From Hyalangium minutum (GTDB lineage: Bacteria; Myxococcota; Myxococcia; Myxococcales; Myxococcaceae), in the NCBI RefSeq assembly GCF_000737315.1, contig NZ_JMCB01000002.1:206001-268000 (forward strand): DNA of 62,000 bases, read 5' to 3'. The notes under the pieces were generated by a model. The model saw only the letters and a list, made by a program, of their open reading frames with translations, ran no database searches and was not told the origin of the DNA. Shown here one piece after another: positions 45,835 to 54,415 of the stretch. Position numbers and translations under genes: made by a program. How positions within the stretch are numbered: position 1 is the stretch's first letter; each line of letters starts with the position of its first letter.

Positions 45835-46680
45835 TTGAAAGTGGGGTCTCCCTTGAGAGTGAGCGCCTATTGCCTGTGTGGGCTCTTGGCGGTGGCGTGC
45901 GCCGCGCCGAGCTCGGGGACGGCCTTCCGTGAGCCCACGGACTGTGTGCTCGATGCGCAGCCGGAGGTCATCCCGGTTCCCGAGCCCATCGAAGGTGAGC
46001 TCAACGAGGCGTTCGACTTCCCCGATTCGCCCGGGTGGTGGGCTCCCGCGCCCATAGACCCCGAGCGTGAGCAGTACCGCGCGGCGCTGGTGTCCCGATT
46101 GGGCGGTGGGCAGGGTCTCCAGCCCCGGGCCCTCATGGAACGGCAGCGTGCCGTCCACGTGACGCTCCCAGGCGACCGCGCCCGCGAGGCCGAGAACATC
46201 GACGCTATCCTTCAAGGCAGGGCCGGCACTCTGGGCACGGCCTCCTGTCTGGAGTGGCGTCTCTTCCAGCGTCAGGCGCACCGCTTCCCCATGATCGAGC
46301 GTCCCACGGAGTTCGGTGCCTACGTCCTGCGCGGCCACGGGCGCATTCGCGTCTATCTCTCGGGCGCCGATCGCGTCGGCGGGAAGCTGCGCCATGAAGT
46401 GCGAGACCAGGTCGTCGCCGATGTGGCTCAGGGATTCGCGCCCGTGGCCCACCTCCACAACCACCCGTTCATGTTCGACCGCAAGCCGGGAGACCGGACC
46501 TGGGCCACCGAGGACACCCTCCAGGACATCGCCGGAGCGCTCTCTCCCAGCCTCACCGATGTGCAGGCCTATCGCGGGATGCGCGAGCACTTCGGACTGC
46601 AGGGCGCCTGGGTCACCAACGGGCTCGACACCTCGCGCTTCTCCGCCGCGGACTTCGATCGGCTCTCCGCGTGGCCATGA
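45835..46680 (+). CDS. Lipoprotein with JAMM/MPN-like metalloprotease motif
   Basis: Lipobox LAVAC; E (TEFGAY), HNHP and PSLTD in JAMM order. Start uncertain (45835 or 45859). Confidence 0.65.
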   Translation: MKVGSPLRVSAYCLCGLLAVACAAPSSGTAFREPTDCVLDAQPEVIPVPEPIEGELNEAFDFPDSPGWWAPAPIDPEREQYRAALVSRLGGGQGLQPRALMERQRAVHVTLPGDRAREAENIDAILQGRAGTLGTASCLEWRLFQRQAHRFPMIERPTEFGAYVLRGHGRIRVYLSGADRVGGKLRHEVRDQVVADVAQGFAPVAHLHNHPFMFDRKPGDRTWATEDTLQDIAGALSPSLTDVQAYRGMREHFGLQGAWVTNGLDTSRFSAADFDRLSAWP

Positions 46681-46698
46681 ACGCGCCGCCGCGGACGC

Positions 46699-47220
46699 TC
46701 ACGCCAGCTTGCGCGTGAGCTCCACGAACACCGTCTCCCTCGCACCTCGGAGCCTCGGCGGGAAGCGCTTGTCCTCACGGTAGCCCTGGCGCTCCCAGAA
46801 GCGTCGCCCGCCCTCGTTCTGCTCCGCGCAGGCCAGCCGCATCCGCCACGCCCCCTGCGAACGCGCCCAGTCCTCCGCCGCTCGCAGCACGCGCTCGCCC
46901 AGCCCCTTTCCGCGCACGCCCGGCTCGAAGAGCAACAGCCCCAGGTACCACTCGCCCGGCTCTCGGAAGTCCCGCAGCAGATCCAACGCGCCCACCAGCC
47001 TCGGGCGAGGCGTGAAGAGGCCGAAGAAGAACTTGTCCGCGAGCAACTTGCCCGGCGGTAGCTCCTTCAGTTGGTGGCTGGCTTCATCCGGACCGGCTGG
47101 CTGGCCTTCAATGAGCACGTGGTAGTCCGCGCACGCGTCGCACAGCGCCTGGAGGGCCGCCGCGTCCTTCTCATCGAGCCGGCGCACTGTCAGGCCGGTA
47201 TCCGCGGGGATTTGCAGCAC
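46699..47220 (-). CDS. GNAT-family N-acetyltransferase
   Basis: YLGLLLFEPGVRGKGLG acetyl-CoA motif; NEGGRRFWERQGY. Confidence 0.93.
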   Translation of the reverse strand: MLQIPADTGLTVRRLDEKDAAALQALCDACADYHVLIEGQPAGPDEASHQLKELPPGKLLADKFFFGLFTPRPRLVGALDLLRDFREPGEWYLGLLLFEPGVRGKGLGERVLRAAEDWARSQGAWRMRLACAEQNEGGRRFWERQGYREDKRFPPRLRGARETVFVELTRKLA

Positions 47221-47327
47221 TCCGCGACTCTCGCACAGGCAACTCGCAGAGGAACAACTTCATCGGGGCGCGAGGGCGTGGTGCCTCCGCCTCGCTCCTC
47301 CCTTCATGTAGGGGAGGAGCCGTGGCT

Positions 47328-47534
47328 CTACGCGTTGGCCGTGGCCGCGTACGTCAGCTCCAGGCCGTTGCCCTTCACCTTCATCCGCGGCCGCGACAGC
47401 CAGTGGCACTTCGGGCAGTAGCTGCTCGCCCCCGCTGGCGTCGCGCGGATCGTCACCTCTCCACCGCACAGCAGGCACCCCTCGGGGAGGGTGAACTCCG
47501 CGAACCGATCACCTTTCAGCTCTGGAATCATCAT
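47328..47534 (-). CDS. Small zinc-ribbon protein
   Basis: CLLC-x16-CPKC; 68 aa. Confidence 0.65.
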   Translation of the reverse strand: MMIPELKGDRFAEFTLPEGCLLCGGEVTIRATPAGASSYCPKCHWLSRPRMKVKGNGLELTYAATANA

Positions 47535-47691
47535 GTCTTTGACGTAACGCAGAATTCGCGCATCACAAGTCGACCGTTCACCTTCGCGGCATTGACAGCA
47601 GCCAGCCAGGCGAGCCCTCCTGAAGTCTTTACAGAGGCACTCTCAAGTGTTGCTCCTGCACGCCGCAACCCCTTGAAACCACTGCCCCCGG

Positions 47692-47708
47692 TTGGCACGC
47701 GTCTTTCA
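47692..47708 (+). promoter_or_regulatory. Candidate sigma-54 promoter
   Basis: TTGGCACGCGTCTTTCA: exact -24 TGGCACG with an imperfect -12 (TTTC for TTGC), about 30 nt before ATG 47738. Confidence 0.4.
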
Positions 47709-47737
47709 AGCAAAAGCATCCCGAGGGGGAGGGGTGG

Positions 47738-47971
47738 ATGGCGGATATCGATCAAGTGGTGCTGTTCCAGGATCGGCAGGGGTGGAGTGTGAAGGTGCTC
47801 CTGCGCAAGGGGGGCTCCCGGCGCTACCGCTACGCCAGCGAGGCGCAAGCGCGCTACTTCGCCGCCGTGTTCGAGCTCGGGCCGCGGCAGTTGCCGCCCA
47901 CCGCGCAGGTCAGCCGCCGCATGCGACGGAGTGCCTCCTCGGGCGCACTCCCCGTGGACCGGATCGGGTAG
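47738..47971 (+). CDS. Small basic hypothetical protein
   Basis: GGAGG RBS, GC3 bias, motif YRYASEAQARYFAAVF. Confidence 0.65.
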   Translation: MADIDQVVLFQDRQGWSVKVLLRKGGSRRYRYASEAQARYFAAVFELGPRQLPPTAQVSRRMRRSASSGALPVDRIG

Positions 47972-48058
47972 CCCGGCGGCCCGGCCGCCTGGCGGGAGGT
48001 TTCCACTACCCAAGCGGGCACGTTTCGGAGAGGCTGTGTAGGTTCGCAGGAGATCACC

Positions 48059-48340
48059 ATGAGCGACACCTCCAAGCCCTTCGTCCTTCCCTCCCACCGT
48101 GAGCAGGTCACCCTGGAGCCGGATCCGGCTGGCCGCTGGTCCGACAAGTTCCCCGAGATGATTGGCTACAAGAGCCAGGGTGGCGGCAAGGTGCCCGCGG
48201 ACTTCACCTGGCGCACCAATCCCAAGCAGTGGCAGGAGGAGATGACGCCGGAGACGCTGGCCGAGCGCTACGAGAAGCGCCGCGTGCTGCCCGCCGCTCC
48301 CGCCGCTCCCGCGCTGCCTGAGGGCGCCAAGAAGGAGTAG
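48059..48340 (+). CDS. Small hypothetical protein
   Basis: AGGAG RBS; strong GC3 bias; 93 aa. Confidence 0.7.
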   Translation: MSDTSKPFVLPSHREQVTLEPDPAGRWSDKFPEMIGYKSQGGGKVPADFTWRTNPKQWQEEMTPETLAERYEKRRVLPAAPAAPALPEGAKKE

Positions 48341-48359
48341 GCGCGTCTTTCGAGCCGCT

Positions 48360-49529
48360 TCAGTGGAACGGAAGGGCCGCGAGCCGCTCCCGGAACATCT
48401 CCAGCGCCTCGCGCAGCTCCACGTCCTCCAGCCCCTCGCCAGGGGCGCGGCGGTGCTTGCGCAGGAAGGCATCGAAGGCCGCCGAGCGGCCATAGAGCTG
48501 GCTCGCCCTCTCCAGGGCCTCCAGCAGCACCCGCTCGGCTCCCGGTGAGCCCAGGTAGAGGTGCATCACGGCCTGCTCCAGCTTCGCGCCGCAGGCCGCC
48601 CACACCGCCCGGTCGTGCACCGTGAGCACCTGGGTGGTGAGCTCCTCGGCCACCCGCTCCAGCACCGCCAAGACCGGCTGCACCGCGCGCAGCAGCACCT
48701 CGCCCTCCACCCGGGGCTCGCGCGCCAGCTGCTGCAGCTGCTCGCGCAGCTCGATCAGGGTCCGCTTGTCGCGGGTGCGCATCGTCAGCGAGGCCGGCAT
48801 CGCCGCGAAGGACGAGAGGCTCTCCTCCACCTGCCGCGCGAGCGCCGGGAGCCCCTCGGGCGCTGTGCGCGCCACCCGCTCGAGCTTGCTCTGCAGCGAG
48901 CGGCGCAGGTCCATCACCGCGCTTCGCAGCCCCACCGCCGCCGCCATCTGCAGCCCGAACCCAGGGACCACCTCTTCGCGGCTCACTGCCTCGAAGGCCG
49001 CCGCCGTCAGGTACACCAGGTCTCCGATTCGCGAGCGGAAGTCGAGGCGGAAGGACTGCAGCTCCGTCATCAGCGCCCAGCGGTCCGTCACCACCTCCGG
49101 GCGGCGAACCCGCTCGCCCAGATCCGCCACCCGCCGCGCCAGCCGCTCCGCGCTCTGCTGGCAGACGGCCTCCACCTCCCGCGCCAGCCGCTCGTCCGCG
49201 CTGGCCGGGGGCGGCCTCCAGCCCGTGTCGCCTCCCGCCGAGCGCTCGGGGGCCGGGAACTGCGTGCGGATGACCGTGATGAGGTGGTTCACGTCTCCCA
49301 GCGTCTCTCCCAGCGCAGGGGCCATGGTCTCCCATAGCGAGAGGTCTGCTCCGTCCGGCTCGGCCGTGGTGGGCTCGTACTTGACGATGCTCAGGTACCC
49401 CAGCCGATCAATGGCCACCGCCGCGGCCCGGTACACCTGCTCCAACTGCTCGGCGTGCTCCCGATCCGTCAGTGCTTCGAGCAGCGCTTCGAGGCGCGGC
49501 GGGAGGGCGTCTTGAGGCGGGCGGGACAT
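48360..49529 (-). CDS. All-helical hypothetical protein
   Basis: Long ORF with GC3 bias; Leu/Glu/Arg-rich helical pattern; no family recognised. Confidence 0.75.
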   Translation of the reverse strand: MSRPPQDALPPRLEALLEALTDREHAEQLEQVYRAAAVAIDRLGYLSIVKYEPTTAEPDGADLSLWETMAPALGETLGDVNHLITVIRTQFPAPERSAGGDTGWRPPPASADERLAREVEAVCQQSAERLARRVADLGERVRRPEVVTDRWALMTELQSFRLDFRSRIGDLVYLTAAAFEAVSREEVVPGFGLQMAAAVGLRSAVMDLRRSLQSKLERVARTAPEGLPALARQVEESLSSFAAMPASLTMRTRDKRTLIELREQLQQLAREPRVEGEVLLRAVQPVLAVLERVAEELTTQVLTVHDRAVWAACGAKLEQAVMHLYLGSPGAERVLLEALERASQLYGRSAAFDAFLRKHRRAPGEGLEDVELREALEMFRERLAALPFH

Positions 49530-49662
49530 GGCCGTGAGCATAGGGATGGGAAAGCTCGGGTATCAGGAACGTCTAACCGGGACGCTACCGCAAGTCCGAG
49601 AAAACCCCTCGATCGAGGCCACGAGCAAGGCTAGACACGGGCGCCTGCCCTCTGGAGCCCCC

Positions 49663-51216
49663 ATGCGCCTGAGCCTTGCTTCCCTTTTGGCCATTCTCTG
49701 TGTCAGTTGCAGCACTACCCCTCCGCCGTCTCCCACGCCTCCTCCGCCTCCCACGCCTCCGCTGTCGCCCGAGGCCACCGCCGTCTTCGCCCGCGCCGAG
49801 GCGCCCGGTCCTGGCGCCGCGCTCGTGGTGAACCTGGACGCCTTCGAGGCGCTGGGGCTCGCGGGCAAGGGGCCCACGATGCAGCAGCTGGCCAGCGTGT
49901 CCACCGCCATCATGTCCCAGCTCTCGACGGCGGAGGGCTCGGAGGGCCAGTTCTTCGCCCGGGGCGCCGTGGTGAGCGCCCTGCTGCGAGACTGGGCGAA
50001 GTGGCCCGGCCTGCGCCGTATTGCCTTCCTCGTCCCCTCGGACCGCGTCCTGGCGGACGGGGCTGGGGTTCTCCCCCAGGTGGCCGTGGGTGCATTGGCT
50101 GTGGATGAGGGCTCTCCGGACAACGCCCAGCTGCTCTCCGCCGTCGTCGCGCTTGTGCGTGCCGCGGCCGTGGAGGTGACACGTGAGGGCGCTGACCCCC
50201 GCGTCGTTCTCCAGGGACAGGACGTGTGCGTGGTGGGGAAGGAGCTGGGCTTCCCGGTGTGCGTCCGTCCCCGGCGCGGGCTGATCCTGTTCGGCACGCC
50301 CACGGCCCTGGGGGCGCTCGAGGCGCTGCCGCCCGTCACCGCACCGGCTGCCGCTCCCGGTGAGGCACCGCTGCTGCTGGGCCTGCGCGTGGATTTGGGC
50401 GCCAAGGGCCGCGCGCGCCTGGCCTTCACCGGCCGCGATGCGGTGCGTCTCGCGCTCCACGTGGAGGGCACCACCGCGAAGGACATCGCCATGGCCGAGT
50501 CCTTGGTGAAGAAGGCGCTCACGGATTACGACGCGCACCAGGCCGAGGTGCGTCAGCGCATCGCCACCGGCCTGTCCGAGGTGCAGCGCTCCATTGCCCA
50601 GGATCCCGCCGCGCCGGCCACGCTGAAGCAGGCGGCCACGGGCCTCACCGCGGACCGGGTGGTGGACGAGAAGGGCTACTGGGCCCAGGCGCGCCAGTCC
50701 GTGCAGGTGTCCTCCACGCAGGACAGCCTCTCCCTGTCGCTCACCGTCCCCGCGGGTGCGGTGAAGGACATGTCCGAGCAGATGGCCTCCGGCGGCACCC
50801 CCGTGGCCCTGGTGGGCATCATGGCCGCCATCGCCATCCCCAACTTCATCAAGTTCCAGGCGCGCGCCAAGCAGTCCGAGGCGAAGATGAACCTCAAGGC
50901 GGCCTATGTCGCCCAGCGCGCCTACGTGATGGAGAAGGACCGGTTGGGCCGCACCTTCGAGGAGATCGGCTTCGCGCCGGAGCCGGGCCGCCGTTACACC
51001 TACTGCATGGGCAAGCAGTGCCTGCCCTGTGACAGGAAGGACTGCAAAGTGGCGCCGGAGCCCTCGCCGTGCCAGGGGCTCACCACGCTGGGCAAGAGCG
51101 CGAATGACAACTTCTCCATCTGCGCGTACGGCAACGTGGACTCGGACGCCGCCTGGGATGTGTGGGTCATCGACAAGAGCGGCGAGCCGGAGAACCTGAG
51201 CAACGACATGGAGTAA
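49663..51216 (+). CDS. Lipoprotein fused to a C-terminal PilA-like type IV pilin domain
   Basis: GGAG RBS; lipobox LCVSC; C-terminal VGIMAAIAIPNFIKFQARAKQSEAKMNLKAAYVAQ..EKDR..EIGFAPE.GRRYTY matches the myxobacterial PilA alpha1 and head; no G|FxxxE prepilin site. Confidence 0.88.
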   Translation: MRLSLASLLAILCVSCSTTPPPSPTPPPPPTPPLSPEATAVFARAEAPGPGAALVVNLDAFEALGLAGKGPTMQQLASVSTAIMSQLSTAEGSEGQFFARGAVVSALLRDWAKWPGLRRIAFLVPSDRVLADGAGVLPQVAVGALAVDEGSPDNAQLLSAVVALVRAAAVEVTREGADPRVVLQGQDVCVVGKELGFPVCVRPRRGLILFGTPTALGALEALPPVTAPAAAPGEAPLLLGLRVDLGAKGRARLAFTGRDAVRLALHVEGTTAKDIAMAESLVKKALTDYDAHQAEVRQRIATGLSEVQRSIAQDPAAPATLKQAATGLTADRVVDEKGYWAQARQSVQVSSTQDSLSLSLTVPAGAVKDMSEQMASGGTPVALVGIMAAIAIPNFIKFQARAKQSEAKMNLKAAYVAQRAYVMEKDRLGRTFEEIGFAPEPGRRYTYCMGKQCLPCDRKDCKVAPEPSPCQGLTTLGKSANDNFSICAYGNVDSDAAWDVWVIDKSGEPENLSNDME

Positions 51217-51277
51217 CAGACCAGGCAGGCAGGCACTTCCCCCCGGTCCGGCATAGAGTGGGGCCGGGGAGGAAGAC

Positions 51278-54200
51278 ATGAACGTCCGGTCCCGCCGCCG
51301 GCTCATTGCTGGCGGCATCTGTGCGGTGCTCGCGGGAGTCTCGCTCGCTGTTCTCAGCTCGCAGAGGTGTTTGTCCGCCTGGATCTTCCAGGGCGTGAAG
51401 GTGAGGCAGTGCCCGGATGGGCGCTTCCGGCAGACGGTGGGGCTGCAGGTGGATGGGCTGGCCCGTGAGCGCAGCGGCTCCGTGCGCGCCTGGGCCCTGG
51501 CCCATGGCGTGGGCAAGTCCTACAGCCAGGAGCTGCTGGCGCGCATGAAGCCCTCGAAGGCCGAGCTGGTGCTCCTGGATGCCGCGGGCCAGGAGACGCC
51601 GCTGAAGCCCGAGAAGGACTGGAAGCGGGAGGACAACGGAGACCTCTGGGCCGAGCTGAAGCTGCCCGCGCTCCCCGATGGCGACTACCGGCTGCGCGCT
51701 CGCATCACCACGCGCCTGGGCACGGACACCGTGGAGACCGCGCTTCCTTTATATGCACCCGCGCGAGTCCACGTTCTCACGGATCGCCCGCTCTACGAGC
51801 CCGGCCACCGCGTGCAGTTCCGCGCCGTGGCCCTGCGCGCCAAGGGACTGAGCCCCCTGGATGGGCGCCCGGGGACGTGGACGGTGGTGGACCCCAACGG
51901 AGACGTGGTGGTGGAGGAGCGGTCCCCCGCCGGTCCCTGGGGCGTGGTGTCTGGTGCCTTCCCGCTGGACCGCGGCGCGCCCACGGGCACGTGGACCGTG
52001 CGGTGGCTGAGCGGTGGCACCAGCGGAGAGGCTTCCTTCCGGGTGGAGCCCTTCACCCTGCCGCGCTTCCGGGTGGAGGCCTCCAGCCCTCAGGCCTTCT
52101 GGCGCGCGGGTGACGCGCCCGTGGTGGAGGGACAGGTGCTCTACAGCTCTGGAGCGCCCGTCGCGGGCGCGAAGGTGTCGCTGGAGTGGAATCACTTCGG
52201 AGGCTGGCCGCCTCCCACCGAGTGGTTCGATGGAGGCGGGCTGCCCGTCGCGGCGAAGGCGGATGCGGCCGGCCGCTTCCGGGTAACTCTGCCGCGCGTG
52301 CCTCAGGATCTGCGAGGCCAGGTCACGCTCTCCGCCAGCGTGGCGGCCACGGACCCTGCGGGCGATACCGTGCGCGGTGGCGTCTCCCTGCTGCTCTCCG
52401 AGGATGCGCTCGCCGTCTCCGCCGTGACCGAGCTGGAGTCCGGGTTGGTGGAGAACTACAGCAACCGCGTGTTCATCCGGGCCACCACTGCGGATGGGCA
52501 GGCGCTCCCAGGCGCCGAGCTCACCGTGAAGCGCGCGTGGGACCCCAAGGATCCGGGTGTGAAGACAGTGGCGGACGAGGATGGGGTCGCGTCCTTGCAG
52601 CTGGATCCGGGCGTCGCCGTCAACGTCGTTGTCCCCGCCATGCCCGTGCGCCGCAAGCCGCTGCCGAACCCGGTGGAGCTGATGGGCTCGAGTGACCTGC
52701 TCTCTCGCGACGAGGAGGCGGGCCTGGGGGATCAGGTGGCCCTGGAGAAGTGGCTGCCCGCCTTCTTCCCCTGCGCGCGCTTCATCGTCCCCGACTCGGC
52801 GGACACCGACCAGCAGCTGTCCGTCCGGGTGAGCTCCAGCGGAGCGGTGGTGGATGTGGTGGGCGAGCAGGGGCGGCTCTCGGCCTGTCTCGCGGATGCA
52901 GCCCGCACGCGGACGCTGCCTCCGGGGCGCGAGCGCATGCTGAACCTGACCCTGCAGCTCGTGGATCCCCAGCTGCCCACGCTCGGGGTCGAGATGAAGG
53001 CCGCGAACGACGGGCCCGTGGATTCGCGGCTCTATGCGGCGCTGGAAGAGGCGGCCCGTGATGCGCGCCCGTGTCTGCCCGCGAAGCTCTCCGAGGCGTC
53101 CGATGTGCCCGCCACCCTCCGGTGGCGGCTCCGGGCAGGCCAGAAGGATGTGGAGGTGGGGTGGGTGCCCGTCGAGAAGCAGGAAGGCGTCCCGATGCTC
53201 TCCTCCACGGTGCTCTCCTGCCTCCAGGCCCGGTTCTCGCGCCTGTCACTGCGCGATAGCTCGGATGAAGAGGTGGAGGCCTCGGACGAAGAGAGGGCAG
53301 GAGGGACCAAGGCGCAGCAGGACCAGATGGGCGTGGCGCTTCTCACGGCGGAGCCCGCGGAGGGCGATGGAGGCGAGGCTCGGGCGCAGGACACCACGCG
53401 CCTCGGCTTCGAGCTGATGGTGAGCGCCCAGGTGGAGGGCAAGGATGCCGGCTCTACGAAGCTCTTCCTGCCGCCCACGCGGCTGCCCACTCAGCGTCTG
53501 CGCGCCACACCTGCGCTGGCTCGCGCTGGCGAGGAGGTGCGTGTGGAGCTGCTCCGAGGTCCTGGCTTCAGTGGCTCACTGCCAGAGAAGCTCTGGTTGA
53601 GCGCGGGAGGAGAGCGGCTGGAGTCCCAGGTGGATTCGAAGTCCCGCGTGGCGACCTTCCGCCTGCCGGAGCAGTTCGAGGGCTGGGCCCAGGTGGACTG
53701 GGGAACAGCGGTGGCTCGCATCTACGTGGCGCCTCGCGCGCAGCTCTCCGTGGAGGTGGCTCCTGAGAAGCCCTCCTATGCTCCCGGTGAGGTGGCCCGC
53801 CTGCTGCTGCGCACCCGTGTGGATGGGAAGGACGGCCCCGCCGCCGTGGGCCTCTTCGGTGTGGATGAAGGGCTGGCGCAGCTGGCCTCGCTGCCGGGGC
53901 CGGGAGTGCTTGGGAGCCTGAGGCCCGCGCCCACGCTGGTCAGCTCCGCGTTCGGAGTGCTCGATGGACAGGCGCTCGCCATGGGCCGCATCCGAGGCGC
54001 CAACGCCGTGGCGGCCACCCTGCTGCGCGTCAGCTCGGCGCCCACCGTGGAGGAGTCGGACCCATCGCTGTCGCTCACCGCGCAGGCCGCCTTCGAGCCG
54101 GAGGCGGAGCTGACGGAGCCCTTCTACCGGGTGCTCGCTGAGCTGACCTCCCAGGTGCGTGTCTGGGAGGAGAAGGCTCCGGAAGGGGAGACGCTGAGCC

Positions 54201-54415
54201 CCGAGGGCATGGCGAAGCTGTGGGAGCAGGCGCTGGCGGCCTGCGAGAAGCGCGGAGAGCCGGTGACGGATGCCTACGGGCGCCGTCTGAAGCTGTCACG
54301 GCTGCCGCCCGAGCTGCTGGCCCTCACCGATCCCCGCATGGTGGTGGTGGGAGGGACGCGGCTGTCCGAAGACGTCGAGAACTGGGGCCAGTGGGTTGCC
54401 CGGGAGGCGCCATGA
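51278..54415 (+). CDS. Alpha-2-macroglobulin N-terminal half (MG2 to MG6 domains)
   Basis: N-terminal TM helix, TDRPLYEPGHRVQFR (MG2), FRVEPFTLPRFRV (MG3), EKPSYAPGEVA...GVDEGL (A2M_N_2). Confidence 0.9.
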   Translation: MNVRSRRRLIAGGICAVLAGVSLAVLSSQRCLSAWIFQGVKVRQCPDGRFRQTVGLQVDGLARERSGSVRAWALAHGVGKSYSQELLARMKPSKAELVLLDAAGQETPLKPEKDWKREDNGDLWAELKLPALPDGDYRLRARITTRLGTDTVETALPLYAPARVHVLTDRPLYEPGHRVQFRAVALRAKGLSPLDGRPGTWTVVDPNGDVVVEERSPAGPWGVVSGAFPLDRGAPTGTWTVRWLSGGTSGEASFRVEPFTLPRFRVEASSPQAFWRAGDAPVVEGQVLYSSGAPVAGAKVSLEWNHFGGWPPPTEWFDGGGLPVAAKADAAGRFRVTLPRVPQDLRGQVTLSASVAATDPAGDTVRGGVSLLLSEDALAVSAVTELESGLVENYSNRVFIRATTADGQALPGAELTVKRAWDPKDPGVKTVADEDGVASLQLDPGVAVNVVVPAMPVRRKPLPNPVELMGSSDLLSRDEEAGLGDQVALEKWLPAFFPCARFIVPDSADTDQQLSVRVSSSGAVVDVVGEQGRLSACLADAARTRTLPPGRERMLNLTLQLVDPQLPTLGVEMKAANDGPVDSRLYAALEEAARDARPCLPAKLSEASDVPATLRWRLRAGQKDVEVGWVPVEKQEGVPMLSSTVLSCLQARFSRLSLRDSSDEEVEASDEERAGGTKAQQDQMGVALLTAEPAEGDGGEARAQDTTRLGFELMVSAQVEGKDAGSTKLFLPPTRLPTQRLRATPALARAGEEVRVELLRGPGFSGSLPEKLWLSAGGERLESQVDSKSRVATFRLPEQFEGWAQVDWGTAVARIYVAPRAQLSVEVAPEKPSYAPGEVARLLLRTRVDGKDGPAAVGLFGVDEGLAQLASLPGPGVLGSLRPAPTLVSSAFGVLDGQALAMGRIRGANAVAATLLRVSSAPTVEESDPSLSLTAQAAFEPEAELTEPFYRVLAELTSQVRVWEEKAPEGETLSPEGMAKLWEQALAACEKRGEPVTDAYGRRLKLSRLPPELLALTDPRMVVVGGTRLSEDVENWGQWVAREAP

